A stretch of DNA of 64,000 nt, taken from Acidobacteriota bacterium (GTDB lineage Bacteria; Acidobacteriota; Terriglobia; Terriglobales; Acidobacteriaceae). The notes beneath the pieces are model-generated. The model had not been told where the DNA came from and ran no database searches. It saw only the letters and a list, made by a program, of their open reading frames with translations. Position 1 is the stretch's first letter; every line of letters begins with the position of its first letter. The position numbers and the translations under genes were made by a program. This document shows, piece by piece, positions 26,773 through 36,796 of the stretch. The DNA lies in the NCBI GenBank assembly GCA_021785495.1, contig JAJYFB010000001.1, positions 9,891 to 73,890 on the forward strand, written 5' to 3'.

Positions 26773-29451
26773 TCAGGCCGGCTGCAACTCCTGCCGGGCC
26801 TCTGATTTTTCAGCCACCGGCCCATGCGTCTCGGCTGTCGGCGGGGGCGGCGCATCGCCGATGCGCTTCGAGTAGGCGCAGGCGACGGTTTTTTCCTCGG
26901 CCACAGGCGTCGTCTTCTTGCCGCGCTTCTTCGGAGCGGCGGCCTCTTCCTCCTCAGACCTCTTTTTGTTTGGGCATTCGAGGAAAATCCCCGAGCGGAG
27001 GGTCTTCTCGACCAGGTACGGACTGCCGCACTCGGGGCATTTCTGCGCCACCGGCTTCAGATTCGACGTAAAGTCGCACTTCGGATAGTTGGTGCAGCCC
27101 CAGAAGACATTGCCCCGTCGCGCTCTGCGCTCGGCAATGTCGCCTTCGCCGCACCGGGGGCACTTCATGCCTTCGATCAGGTTCTGCTTGACGTATTTGC
27201 ACTTGGGATAGCCGGAGCAGGAGACGAACTCGCCGTAGGCTCCCTGGCGCAGCACCAGCGGCTTGCCGCACTCCGGGCACGGCTCGCCGGTGGGCTCGGG
27301 CGGCTTCTGCTGCTGCTTCGAGCTGAGCTTGCGAAAGGTCTTGCAGGGCGGGTCGGCGTTATAGTCCGGGCAGGCCATGAACGGGCCGAAGATGCCCCGC
27401 CGCAGCACCATCACCTTGCCGCAGTTCTCGCAGTACTCCTCGGTGTCGCCGGCCTCCTGCGCCTCGGGCGTGTTCAGGTCGGGCTTGGCCGCGATGTTTT
27501 CCTTGGTGAACGTGCAGCTCGAAGGGTCTTTCTTGTTGTAGGCCGAGCAGGCGTAAAACGTGCCGAACTTGCCCCACTTCAACAGCAGCGGCGCGCCGCA
27601 GAGATCGCACTTTTCCCCCGTCTCCTGCTCCATCCGCTTGATGTTTTCCATCGTCTTGCCGGCGTCCTTGAGCTCGTCCTCGAAGTGGTCATAGAAAGCG
27701 TTCAGCAGATCGGTCCACTTCTCCGTGCCTTCTTCGATGTCGTCGAGTTCGGTTTCGAGCTTCGCCGTGTAGGCGGTGTCAAAAATGTACGGAAAGTTCT
27801 TCACCAGCAGATCGCAGACGACCACGCCGATCTCGGTCGGGTAAAAGCGCCCGCGCGAGCCGCCGTGCTTGACCACGTACTCGCGGTCCTGAATGGTGTT
27901 GATGATCGAAGCGTAGGTCGACGGGCGGCCAATGCCGCGCTCTTCGAGTTCTTTCACGAGCGAAGCCTCGTTGTAGCGCGGAGGCGGCTGCGTGGCGTGC
28001 TCTTCCGGGAAGAGCCGGTCCAGGCCGAGCGTCTTCACGCCGTCCAGGCTGGGCAGCCGGCTGGCCGACTCTTCGTCGTCCTTGCTGTCGTCCGAGGATT
28101 CGTAGAGCTTCAGGAAGCCGTCGAAGCGCAGGACCGATCCGCTGACGCGGAAATCGTAGGTTTTTCCGGTTTTGGCCGAGTGCGCGGCGATGTTCGCCGT
28201 CGTCACGTCGTAAACGGCCGGAACCATCTGCGAGGCCACGAAGCGCCGCCAGATCAGCGTGTAGAGCTTGAGCTGCTCATCGCTCAGGTAGCGGGCCAGC
28301 GACTCGGGCGTGCGCGCGGCATCGGTGGGGCGGATGGCCTCGTGCGCGTCCTGCGCCTCCTTCTTGCCTTTGTAGACATTCGGCGAACCGGGCAGATACT
28401 GCGCGCCCAGTTCCTTCGCGATCCACTCCCGCGCCGCCGTGACGGCTTCGGGCGCAACGCGCGGCGAATCGGTACGCATGTACGTAATCAGGCCCGTGGT
28501 GCCCTCGGCGCCGATCTCCACGCCCTCGTAGAGCCGCTGCGCCACGCCCATGGTGCGGCGCACGTTGAAACCCAGCTTGTTGGCGGCGTCGCGCTGCAAC
28601 TGGCTGGTGATGAACGGCGCCAGCGGCCGGCGCTGCTGCTCGCGCGCCTGCACGCTCGTGACCGTCCACGCGGCCTTTTCCAGAGCCGCGACGACCGCGT
28701 CCATCGACTTTTTGTCGGCGAGCGCGTTGGCGATGAACTGATCCTTGCCGTCCTTGTCCTTGCCGTTGGCCACGCGCGCCGGCGCGCCCTCGACGCCGAT
28801 GAACTTGGCCTTGAACTTCTGCTCCGCTTTTTTTTCCGGGTGAAGCTGGGCTTCGAGCGTCCAGTACTCCACCGGCTTGAAATCCCGAATCTCGCGCTCG
28901 CGCTCGACGATCAGCCGCACGGCCACGGTTTGCACGCGGCCGGCCGAAAGCCCCCGGCGCACCTTGTCCCAGAGCAGCGGCGAGATCTGATAGCCCACCA
29001 GCCGGTCCAGAACGCGGCGCGTCTGCTGCGCATCCACCAGATGCTGATCGATGTCGCGCGCGTGTTTGAAGGCCTCGTTGACGGCCTTCTTCGTGATCTC
29101 GTTGAAGGTGACGCGGCGAATTTTTTTCTTCTCTTTGGGCGAGGTTCCCAATTGCAGCGCCAGATGGTAGGCAATGGCCTCGCCTTCGCGGTCCGGGTCA
29201 GGCGCGAGATAGATTTCATCGGCCTTGGCCGCGGCTTTCTTCAACTGATCGACGACCTTTTCCTTGCCCGGCGAGACGATCAGATGCGGCTCGAAGGTGC
29301 GCTTCTTCAGCTCCACGCCCAGATCGTTCTTGGGCAGGTCCATAATATGCCCCACCGAGGCCCGCACATCGAAGCCCTTGCCAAGATACTTCTCGATCGT
29401 CTTGGCCTTGGCTGGCGACTCGACGATCACCAATGCTTTGCTGGTTGCCAT
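26773..29451 (-). CDS. topA: DNA topoisomerase I with multiple C-terminal zinc ribbons
   Basis: ATG at 29451 gives 'MATSKALVIVESPAKAKTIEKYLGKGFDVRASVGHIMDLP' and 'ITYMRTDS'. Repeated 'C..CG....LR.G.FG.F..C..YP.C' fingers follow. The track N-terminal extension to 29778 is Arg-rich and unlikely. Confidence 0.95.
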   Translation of the reverse strand: MATSKALVIVESPAKAKTIEKYLGKGFDVRASVGHIMDLPKNDLGVELKKRTFEPHLIVSPGKEKVVDQLKKAAAKADEIYLAPDPDREGEAIAYHLALQLGTSPKEKKKIRRVTFNEITKKAVNEAFKHARDIDQHLVDAQQTRRVLDRLVGYQISPLLWDKVRRGLSAGRVQTVAVRLIVEREREIRDFKPVEYWTLEAQLHPEKKAEQKFKAKFIGVEGAPARVANGKDKDGKDQFIANALADKKSMDAVVAALEKAAWTVTSVQAREQQRRPLAPFITSQLQRDAANKLGFNVRRTMGVAQRLYEGVEIGAEGTTGLITYMRTDSPRVAPEAVTAAREWIAKELGAQYLPGSPNVYKGKKEAQDAHEAIRPTDAARTPESLARYLSDEQLKLYTLIWRRFVASQMVPAVYDVTTANIAAHSAKTGKTYDFRVSGSVLRFDGFLKLYESSDDSKDDEESASRLPSLDGVKTLGLDRLFPEEHATQPPPRYNEASLVKELEERGIGRPSTYASIINTIQDREYVVKHGGSRGRFYPTEIGVVVCDLLVKNFPYIFDTAYTAKLETELDDIEEGTEKWTDLLNAFYDHFEDELKDAGKTMENIKRMEQETGEKCDLCGAPLLLKWGKFGTFYACSAYNKKDPSSCTFTKENIAAKPDLNTPEAQEAGDTEEYCENCGKVMVLRRGIFGPFMACPDYNADPPCKTFRKLSSKQQQKPPEPTGEPCPECGKPLVLRQGAYGEFVSCSGYPKCKYVKQNLIEGMKCPRCGEGDIAERRARRGNVFWGCTNYPKCDFTSNLKPVAQKCPECGSPYLVEKTLRSGIFLECPNKKRSEEEEAAAPKKRGKKTTPVAEEKTVACAYSKRIGDAPPPPTAETHGPVAEKSEARQELQPA

Positions 29452-30001
29452 TCCCGAATCGGTTCTCTCTTTCTCTTCCTGCCTGTTGCCGCCGCGAACC
29501 CCGGTTTCCCTGTGCCGCCGGTCCGCGCCTCTGCGTCGCAGCCGCGCTTTCCCTTTGGACTCGGCCCCGGCGCTTCCGTTTCGCCTGCTCGGGAGTCGAG
29601 TGCGGCGTGCGGCCGGTCCGTTCGCCGCGGAGTTTCCTTCAACGGCCGATCCGCGCCCCTTCCGGTTGTTCCTGGAATGTGGACTTTTGGCGCCCGGTCT
29701 CGAAAACCCCGAAAAAAGGGCCCGCAAGGGTTGAACCCTACCACGGAATACCATCTCATTTCTACCCGATGAACGCAATTTTCGTTGGGAATTGTCCCAT
29801 TTTCGAGGCGAAAAGACCTGTTTCTCCGCGAAAAAATCATGCGAATTCTTCGATTTAAGCCATTACCACAGATTGAAAAAAATAAAACCCGGCGTTTCCT
29901 TCGTCCCGGCTGCACCGGTCCTCGCCGTTTCATCCATCGCCCGGCAGGGCGCATCGAAGGCAGGGCAAGCACGGCGCAAATCGTCTGCGTCGGGTCAAGA
30001 C

Positions 30002-30742
30002 TCAGAGCAGGCCGCCATCGACGGCAATCACTTGCCCCGTAATATAACTCGCCTGCGGCGAGGCGAGGAACGCCACGAGCGGCGCAATCTCCTCGGGCCG
30101 GCCAAAGCGGCCGAGTGGAATCTCGGCCAGCAGGCGCTTTTCCTCTTTTTCGATGAACCGGGCCGACATGGGGCTGGGCACCACGCCGGGGCAGACGGCG
30201 TTGACGCGCACGTTGAAGCGGCCGGTCTCGCGGGCCAGAGCTTTGGTCAGCGCGATCAGGCCGCCCTTGGCGGCTGCGTAGTTGCACTGGCCGGCCTGAC
30301 CGCGCACGCCGCTGGGCGAGACGATGTTGCAGATGCTGCCGCCGCCCGCGCGCATCATGCCGATCACGGCCTGCTTCGAGCAGAGATAGGCGGCGCGAAG
30401 GTTCGTGTCGACAACCTCATCCCACTGCGCGTCGCTCATCAGCGCCAGCAGGGCGTCGCGATGGATGCCCGCGTTGTTGACCAGGCAAGCGACGGGGCCG
30501 AGCCGCGCCTCGACCTCGGCAAAGAGCGGGGCCACCAGGTTGCGGCCGGAGAGGTCGGCGCCGACGGCGATGGCTTCGCGCGCCGCCGCGCGAATGCTCT
30601 CGGCGACTGCCGCGGCGCCGGCCTCGTTCCGGTGGTAGTGAACCGCCACGCGATAGCCGCCGCGGCCGAGCGCACGGGCAATCTCGCTTCCCAGCGTACC
30701 CGACCCGCCGGTGACCAGCGCGATTTTCTTCTCTGCCGTCAT
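30002..30742 (-). CDS. Short-chain dehydrogenase/reductase, FabG-like 3-oxoacyl reductase
   Basis: '[20 protein letters not shown]','LVNNAGI','[18 protein letters not shown]','[11 protein letters not shown]'. ATG at 30742. Confidence 0.9.
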   Translation of the reverse strand: MTAEKKIALVTGGSGTLGSEIARALGRGGYRVAVHYHRNEAGAAAVAESIRAAAREAIAVGADLSGRNLVAPLFAEVEARLGPVACLVNNAGIHRDALLALMSDAQWDEVVDTNLRAAYLCSKQAVIGMMRAGGGSICNIVSPSGVRGQAGQCNYAAAKGGLIALTKALARETGRFNVRVNAVCPGVVPSPMSARFIEKEEKRLLAEIPLGRFGRPEEIAPLVAFLASPQASYITGQVIAVDGGLL

Positions 30743-30868
30743 GCCTGCTCCTGGTTTGAAAATGCTTGTGTTCGCGAGCCTCGGCTGCGCATGGAGCCGC
30801 TCCCGTGGCGGCGAACGCCTCATTTGCTGGAATCTTCGCAGCGAGGGGAGTTTTTCATCGAGCGCCGG

Positions 30869-32392
30869 CTATCGAACGCTGGCCGCGGCCTGCAGGCTCT
30901 CGATGCGCGTCAGCTCTTCGGGGTCGCGCAGCCGCGCCCCTGCGTTGTAGCTGCAAAACGGAATCAGCTCGCCGTCGGTGGAGACGTACTGAATGATGCA
31001 GCGATGCAGCCGGCGCAGGTTGTAGCTGTGCGCGTCCATAAAGTGCATTCCGGCGACGAAGATACCGTTGAAGCCGCGCCGGTCCCAGCCCTCGGAGCGG
31101 CCGTCGGTCTTGTCCTCCCAGGCGTCGAGGCTGCGGATCAGCCGCTCGAAGGTGAGTCCGGGCGGAGTTTTCGACCGGTCGAGGCAGCTTGCGAAGCGGC
31201 CGAACTGGCGGATCTTCGAGATCTGCCGCCCGATCAATCCTTGCTCAGCCACGGGCTTTACCTGCGCCATTCCGCGCAGAAAACCGTCCAGGTCGAAAAA
31301 ATTGCTCAGGCAGAAGGGCCGGTTGTCGTCGTCGATATAAAAAAACGTTCCGATGGAGCAGTGCGCGTCGCAGAGCGGCGGGTGAACGCGCTCGTCGCGC
31401 ACCCGCTCGATGGCCCGGCTCAGCAGCGAGAGCGCGTTGAGCGGGAACCAATCGTCGGGAAAGCGCGTCAGCCCGGTCTGCTGGCCGAACTCGCGCGCCA
31501 TGGCGGCCAGGTTGAAGGGCTCGGCGTTCTGCTCATCGACGCCGATGCGGCCGACGTGCGCCGCCGGCTGGATGCTGATTCCGGTGACAAAGCGGCTGTG
31601 CTCCAGCGCGAAGCGGAAGATGGGCCCCAGTTGATCGACGTTGACGCCGCCGATCACGGTGGGCACCAGCACCAGCCGCATGTTCGTCTGCTCGACGGCG
31701 CGCACGGCGGCGATTTTCTTGTCGAGCAGCCGCTGTCCGCGCATCTTCAAATAGACTTCGTCGCTCAGGCCGTCGAATTGCAGGTAGAGCGTATGCAGAC
31801 CGGCCTCTTCGCAGAGCTTGGCGTAGCCGGGGTCGGCAAACTTGCTGCCGTTGGTCGCCACCTGAAGGTGCGTAAAGCCCATCTCGCGCGTCATGCGGAG
31901 AATGGCCGGAAACTCGGGGTGAAGGGTGGGCTCGCCGCCGGAAAATTGCACGCTGCGGCAGGGAACGGGCCGGTCCAGCAGCGCCTGAAGCATCTTGCGT
32001 AGGGTCGCAAGATCGAGCGCGTAATGGCTGCCTTCGCCCGTCGCTTCGGCAAAGCAGACCGGGCAGCGAAAGTTGCAGCGGTTGGTGATGTCGATGACCG
32101 CCAGGCAGGGCTCGTTGGCGCTCTTCATCGCCTGCGCGCGGCAGCCGTTCCCACCCGGCATCGCGGCGGTCTCGGCGCCGGGAAAGACGAGCCGGTTCCA
32201 CGCGTCGAGCTTGCGATAGAGGGCGGAGTCGGAGAAGATCAGATCCGTGGTTGGCTCGTGGCAGCCGCATTCGCAGCGCTGATAGACCTTGCCATTGTGA
32301 TCGAAGATCGCCGCCGCGCACGGCGCTCCGCAGCGCGGGCACAAGGACGCGACCCGATCGATGTGCATATCTCCCGCTGCGGATTCGGACAT
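30869..32392 (-). CDS. Radical SAM enzyme with an N-terminal Cys-rich ribbon (COG1964-type, possibly Tes/GDGT-MAS-like)
   Basis: 'CPRCGAPCAAAIFDHNGKVYQRCECGCH' is followed by the rSAM motif 'ITNRCNFRCPVCFA','FSGGEPTLHPEF','ATNG'. The protein is 507 aa. RBS GAAGAGG precedes ATG 32392. Radical SAM membership is secure. The Tes-like subfamily call is from memory only. Confidence 0.85.
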   Translation of the reverse strand: MSESAAGDMHIDRVASLCPRCGAPCAAAIFDHNGKVYQRCECGCHEPTTDLIFSDSALYRKLDAWNRLVFPGAETAAMPGGNGCRAQAMKSANEPCLAVIDITNRCNFRCPVCFAEATGEGSHYALDLATLRKMLQALLDRPVPCRSVQFSGGEPTLHPEFPAILRMTREMGFTHLQVATNGSKFADPGYAKLCEEAGLHTLYLQFDGLSDEVYLKMRGQRLLDKKIAAVRAVEQTNMRLVLVPTVIGGVNVDQLGPIFRFALEHSRFVTGISIQPAAHVGRIGVDEQNAEPFNLAAMAREFGQQTGLTRFPDDWFPLNALSLLSRAIERVRDERVHPPLCDAHCSIGTFFYIDDDNRPFCLSNFFDLDGFLRGMAQVKPVAEQGLIGRQISKIRQFGRFASCLDRSKTPPGLTFERLIRSLDAWEDKTDGRSEGWDRRGFNGIFVAGMHFMDAHSYNLRRLHRCIIQYVSTDGELIPFCSYNAGARLRDPEELTRIESLQAAASVR

Positions 32393-32693
32393 AACCTCTT
32401 CAACTCAGTTCCAAAGTTTGTCGAAAGTATACACCTTGCGCCGTTCTGTATTTTGCGTCGCCGCCGGGAAAGCAGGGCGATCGCATGGATCGCTTTTTGT
32501 TTGCATCGCGGGATCGCCGCGCCCCGCCGGGGCGCGAACGGTTCTTCTCCGCGTTGTCCCAGGGTTCCGCTGCGCTCTACCCTGGGCTATTTTCGCCTGT
32601 CCCTACGGAAGGCAACCGGGGGACAGATCAAACGCGGAGTTCATTGCGTGCGTTGGCTTCGTTCCTGCGTTTGCCCTGGCCGGGAAAGACTTT

Positions 32694-35252
32694 CTACGCG
32701 CGCGTGATTCCGGCGGGCGGGCATCTTTTCCTTGCGCCTTCCTGAAGGTGCAGAAGGGCGGGAATCAGCCAGAAGCCTCCGGCCAGCGTCAGCGCCACGC
32801 CGATCGAGGTGACCAGTCCCAGCTCGGCGAGCGGTTGGAAGGACGCGGTCATCAGCGCGCCGAAACCGACGATGGTGGTGAGGTTGGACTGGATCAGCGC
32901 GGCCCCGGAGGCTTTGGCCACGTCGAGAATGCGGTTTCGCTCGCTTTCAAGAGAACGGCGCACTAAGTGAATCCCGTTGTCGATGCCGATGCCGACGATG
33001 AGCGGCAGCGCGGTGACGGCCATGATGCTGAAGCGGTGACCGGCCAGGATCAGCAGTCCAAAGGTGACCACAAGGGCAAAAATGATTGGTAGAAGAACGA
33101 GCAAAGCCGTGGAAAAACGGCGAAAGGTCAGCAGCAAAATCAAAAAAATGGCTGCTGCGGTCCATGCGAGCGCGCGGCGGCTGTCGTGCGCGACGCGCGA
33201 TTGCAGATCCCGGTCGATCTTGTTGAACGAGAAATCGACGAAGGGACCGTACTGCGCGCGCCACTGCCTGAGCACAGAGACGGGAATCGCCTCGGTCGCA
33301 TCGGGACGGGCAGGGTAGTAGGCGACGGCGGCGACGTAGCCGCCATCCGGCGCACGACGAATGCTGTTGGCCATCAGATCGGCGGGCAGATACGCACCGG
33401 AATCTTCGAGCGTGAGCGGCTGCGCGCCCTGGCGCAAGGCGTGAAGACGCGCAAAGTAACCGGCGTACGGCGCAAGGCGAAATCCGTTTTCCGCGAGAGC
33501 ACCCTTGAGCGCGCGCGCCGTGGCCTCCAGATCAACGCCTTTCAGCAAGGCTGCGCGCCGCCGCTGGGTCGCGATGGAAGGCAGCAACTGCGTCGGCGAA
33601 AAGACCGACTGGACCACGCCCTCTTGCCGGTAGTTCTCAAGCGCCGCGGTGAGCTGCTCGGCGCGCCGCAAAACCTCCTGTTCGTTGCCGGCGATCAGCA
33701 GCACATCCGGGCTGCCCGCGATGCCAAACTTCGATGCCAGCAGGTTCTGCGCGGCGAGGGCGGGCGAGTTTACGCCGCTCTCCACGACGAAATTTCCGCC
33801 CCAGCGGATCGAGGGCAGCAGGCCGAGCGAGAGCAGAAACAAGGCTGCGGCGGCGATCGCGACAGCGCGGGCATGGCGGCCGACAAAATCCACCGTCGCG
33901 CGCGCCACGCCGGGCAGAAAACGGAAGGTGATCGCACGGGGCGCGAGCGGCTGGATGTATCGCCCCCACAGTTGCATCAGCGCGGGCACGGTCAGCAGCG
34001 TATGCAGGCCGGTCATGAAGATGCCCACGGTGAGAATGAAGCCGAACTCGGCGAGCGCCTTGAAGCCGGAGCAGGCCAGCGCGGCCGTCGAAGTGGCCGC
34101 GGTCAGGATGCAGAGCACGATGCTCGTTCCCGTGGTCTCGAAGGTGCGCAGCATGGCCTCGTTGAAGCTGCCGCCCTCCGCCCACTCCTGCGGCGAGCGG
34201 TTGAAAAAATGCACCACCTGATCGTCGCCGAGACCCGCCAGAATGGCGATGAACGAGAGGCTGATGAGATTGACTTCGCCGGGATAGTAGCTGGCGATTC
34301 CGGTCGTCCACAGAATGCCCAGGCCCGTGGGCAGAAGCGACAGGAGCACGATCTGAACGTTGGGATAGACGGCGAGGCACAAGAGCAGGCTGCCAACGAT
34401 CGAGACCATCGAGACGCGGCGAATGTTCTTCTCGATGAAGAGATGGTCTTCCTCGGAGTAGGCGTAGGCTCCGGCGGCAACGGCGCGGATGCCGGCCGCG
34501 CGCATCTCCGCGCCAGAGGTGGCGCTGGCGATGTGCTGCCGTGTCCATTGCATGACCTGCGTGGCGTCGCGATAGTCGACGGCGGGCTGGCGCGGCTCGG
34601 CCAGAATCAGCAGCGCCGTGTGGTCCTTGCTGAAGAAGCGGTTGCCTGAGCCCCAGTTGAAATCGAAGCTGCCGAACTGGCCGAGGCCCACGGCGTGGCC
34701 GGCCGTCGCCGAGGCCACGCCCAGCGGGTCGGCCACAAAGTCGCCCGCGCCCAGCGTCGAAAAGGGCGTGACCAGTTCGGTCGCGGCGGCGCGCACGTGG
34801 GCGGGAATCTGCCGGGGATCGAGCCGGTCGCGCAGCGCCGCGAGGTTCGCGGCGTCCGCAAAGGCCGGGAAGTTCCAGGAAAAAAGCCGGACCATGCCGA
34901 GCAATTCCGCTTCCGAAAGCCCCGATCGCTCCGACCGGAAGAGCCCGCTCGCGGTCATCTCCGCGGTCAATCGATCGGCCGTCTGCTCCATCGGCCCGCT
35001 GCAATCCGCGCAGCCTTTGGGCGCCAGCACCAGCACGTAAAGCTGATTGCCGTAGCCCAGTTCGTTGCCGATCCGGCTCACCGCGCGCCACTGCGGATCG
35101 TTCGTTCCGAACATTCCCGTCAGATCGGTTCCCGTGCGCAATGTGTGGATGTGCGCGTAGAGAACAAGCGTCATGATCGCCACCGCGGACGCAACCCATC
35201 CCGGCCGACGGATCACCAGATGCGCAAGCAGCCGCGTGAAACGGGCCATCAT
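32694..35252 (-). CDS. MMPL/HpnN-like RND-superfamily lipid exporter
   Basis: 852 aa in two 6-TM bundles with large loops. Motifs 'FIAILAGLGDDQVVHFFNR' and 'LPLIVGIGIDNGIHLVRR'. Its start overlaps the upstream stop (ATGA at 35249-35252). Confidence 0.85.
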   Translation of the reverse strand: MMARFTRLLAHLVIRRPGWVASAVAIMTLVLYAHIHTLRTGTDLTGMFGTNDPQWRAVSRIGNELGYGNQLYVLVLAPKGCADCSGPMEQTADRLTAEMTASGLFRSERSGLSEAELLGMVRLFSWNFPAFADAANLAALRDRLDPRQIPAHVRAAATELVTPFSTLGAGDFVADPLGVASATAGHAVGLGQFGSFDFNWGSGNRFFSKDHTALLILAEPRQPAVDYRDATQVMQWTRQHIASATSGAEMRAAGIRAVAAGAYAYSEEDHLFIEKNIRRVSMVSIVGSLLLCLAVYPNVQIVLLSLLPTGLGILWTTGIASYYPGEVNLISLSFIAILAGLGDDQVVHFFNRSPQEWAEGGSFNEAMLRTFETTGTSIVLCILTAATSTAALACSGFKALAEFGFILTVGIFMTGLHTLLTVPALMQLWGRYIQPLAPRAITFRFLPGVARATVDFVGRHARAVAIAAAALFLLSLGLLPSIRWGGNFVVESGVNSPALAAQNLLASKFGIAGSPDVLLIAGNEQEVLRRAEQLTAALENYRQEGVVQSVFSPTQLLPSIATQRRRAALLKGVDLEATARALKGALAENGFRLAPYAGYFARLHALRQGAQPLTLEDSGAYLPADLMANSIRRAPDGGYVAAVAYYPARPDATEAIPVSVLRQWRAQYGPFVDFSFNKIDRDLQSRVAHDSRRALAWTAAAIFLILLLTFRRFSTALLVLLPIIFALVVTFGLLILAGHRFSIMAVTALPLIVGIGIDNGIHLVRRSLESERNRILDVAKASGAALIQSNLTTIVGFGALMTASFQPLAELGLVTSIGVALTLAGGFWLIPALLHLQEGARKRCPPAGITRA

Positions 35253-36373
35253 GGCGCACGCTCCAGCGGCGGCCGCTCGGCGACAAAGAGAATATGCGCC
35301 AGCGGGAGAAGGTTGCGAAATCGCCGCGTGCGCACGCGCATGCCGGCCGCTTCAAGCGCCTCGCGGTAGGCCGCGGACGCAAGCACCAGCGGGCGCGACG
35401 GCGCGTTGCCGATGCGGAAGATCAGCCGGTCGAAGAGCATGGTCATGGCCGAGCGCAGGCCGCGCTCGCGATCGTGCACGCGAAAGACGAATTTTCCGCC
35501 CGGCTCCAAAGCAGCGCAGCAGCGGCCGATAAGCGCCAACTGCTCTTCGGCGCTCAGGTACTGCAAGACATCGAGAATCAGGATCAGGCCGGCCGGAGGC
35601 AGCGGGTACCGCCGCACGTCGCCCACCTCGACTTTGGCGTCGCAGCCGGCCAGCGCCTTTTGCGCCACGCCGATGCGTTTGGCATCCAGATCGCAGCCGG
35701 CCAACGGTCGGCCTTCCTGGCCGAAGGCGGCAAAGCACAGCGCCATTCCGTAGCCGCAGCCGAGATCGACCACCGCGCCCGCGCCCAGTCCTTCGGCGTC
35801 GAGGAGCGCAAAAATCCGGTCCAGCCGCATCTTCCAGCGCACAAAGCCGCGGTCGAAGTTCGGCGCGGAGGCAAAGACGCCATTCACAAAGCGGATGCGC
35901 GCGCGCAGATTGCGGCGGCAGGGCCGCAGCCACGCGACGGCGATGGCCGCGATCGCTCCGCCCGCCACTCCCGCAGCCGCGCCCAGAGGCACGCTGCCGA
36001 TCGCCCACAGCAGCAGGTCGCCGCGCGCTGCGGCCATCGTGAAACCCGAAAGGCGCAACGGCAGAAAGGCGCCCGTGCGCAGCACGCTGCCGCACTCGAT
36101 CGAACCGAGGACAAGAAAGGGCTGCAAAAACGGATTATTGATGAACGTGGCGGCGAAGGTGAGCGGTTTGTTCAGCCCCAGCAGAATCGCCAGACCGATG
36201 GCGGCCACCGATTGCAAGCCGTAGATCGGCACCACGCCGATGAAGAGGCCGAGGCCGACGGCCAGACCGGCCGGAAGCGGCTCCAGTCCCTCCGTGCAGA
36301 GCGTCGCCGCCAATTTTTTGATGGTCCCGTTGATGGCTTTCATCCTCGTCCGATCCGCCCTGCGCGCCGCCAT
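35249..36373 (-). CDS. DUF2062-like membrane domain fused to a class I SAM-dependent methyltransferase
   Basis: The N-terminus 'GLAVGLGLFIGVVPIYGLQSVAAIGLAILLGLNKPLTFAATFINNP' is DUF2062-like. The C-terminus carries 'VVDLGCGYGMAL' (SAM motif I) and 'ILILDVLQYL'. Confidence 0.75.
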   Translation of the reverse strand: MAARRADRTRMKAINGTIKKLAATLCTEGLEPLPAGLAVGLGLFIGVVPIYGLQSVAAIGLAILLGLNKPLTFAATFINNPFLQPFLVLGSIECGSVLRTGAFLPLRLSGFTMAAARGDLLLWAIGSVPLGAAAGVAGGAIAAIAVAWLRPCRRNLRARIRFVNGVFASAPNFDRGFVRWKMRLDRIFALLDAEGLGAGAVVDLGCGYGMALCFAAFGQEGRPLAGCDLDAKRIGVAQKALAGCDAKVEVGDVRRYPLPPAGLILILDVLQYLSAEEQLALIGRCCAALEPGGKFVFRVHDRERGLRSAMTMLFDRLIFRIGNAPSRPLVLASAAYREALEAAGMRVRTRRFRNLLPLAHILFVAERPPLERAP

Positions 36374-36379
36374 CCCGCG

Positions 36380-36796
36380 TTAACCCCAGGCGACCGACAG
36401 CTCGCCGCTGGCCACCTTTTCTCCGTTCACGGTGATCGTTCCCTCAATGTATGCCATCGATGCCGCCTGCGTCAGCTTTCTGGTCTCGATGCGCAGACGC
36501 TCGCCCGGCGTCACCGGCCGCAGAAACTTGAAGCGGTTGACGGCGGCCAGCAAGGCCCGTTCCGGCGGACCACCCTCGCCCAGCATCACGCCAGCCGTCT
36601 GCGCCACAGCCTCGATCATCAGCACGCCGGGCAGAACGGGACGGCCAGGAAAGTGCCCGGCAAAGATGGGGTTCGCCGCATCGGCCGTGAGCGAGGCCAC
36701 GCAACGCTCGCCAGCCTCCAGTTCTTCCACGCGATCGATCCACAGGAACGGCGGTCGGTGCGGAATGCGCTTCTCGATCTCTTCGCGCTCCATCAT
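36380..36796 (-). CDS. FabZ/FabA-like hot-dog fold 3-hydroxyacyl dehydratase
   Basis: 'IPHRPPFLWIDRVEELEAGERCVA...FAGHFPGRPVLPGVLMIEAVAQTAG'. Confidence 0.8.
   Translation of the reverse strand: MMEREEIEKRIPHRPPFLWIDRVEELEAGERCVASLTADAANPIFAGHFPGRPVLPGVLMIEAVAQTAGVMLGEGGPPERALLAAVNRFKFLRPVTPGERLRIETRKLTQAASMAYIEGTITVNGEKVASGELSVAWG

Noticed and set aside
29700-29760. A T-arm-like motif (AGGGTTCAACCCT on the minus strand) and a T-run in the long GGA/GAAA-rich region upstream of topA. I looked for a tRNA or small RNA.
   Set aside because: The loop is too short for a tRNA T-arm, and no acceptor, anticodon or D-arm can be drawn. The purine-rich leader (29452-29700) has no structure I can assign. 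A covariance-model scan (Rfam/tRNAscan) would be needed.
26824-29772. A 982-aa plus-strand ORF.
   Set aside because: It is antisense to topA and is a shadow ORF. The same reasoning applies to these ORFs:
- 47613..49274 (antisense to clpC)
- 8091..9443 (antisense to the porin)
- 33186..34649 and 33637..35382 (MMPL region)
- 19296..20564 and 19469..20566 (pilD region)
- 24415..25880 (EAL region)
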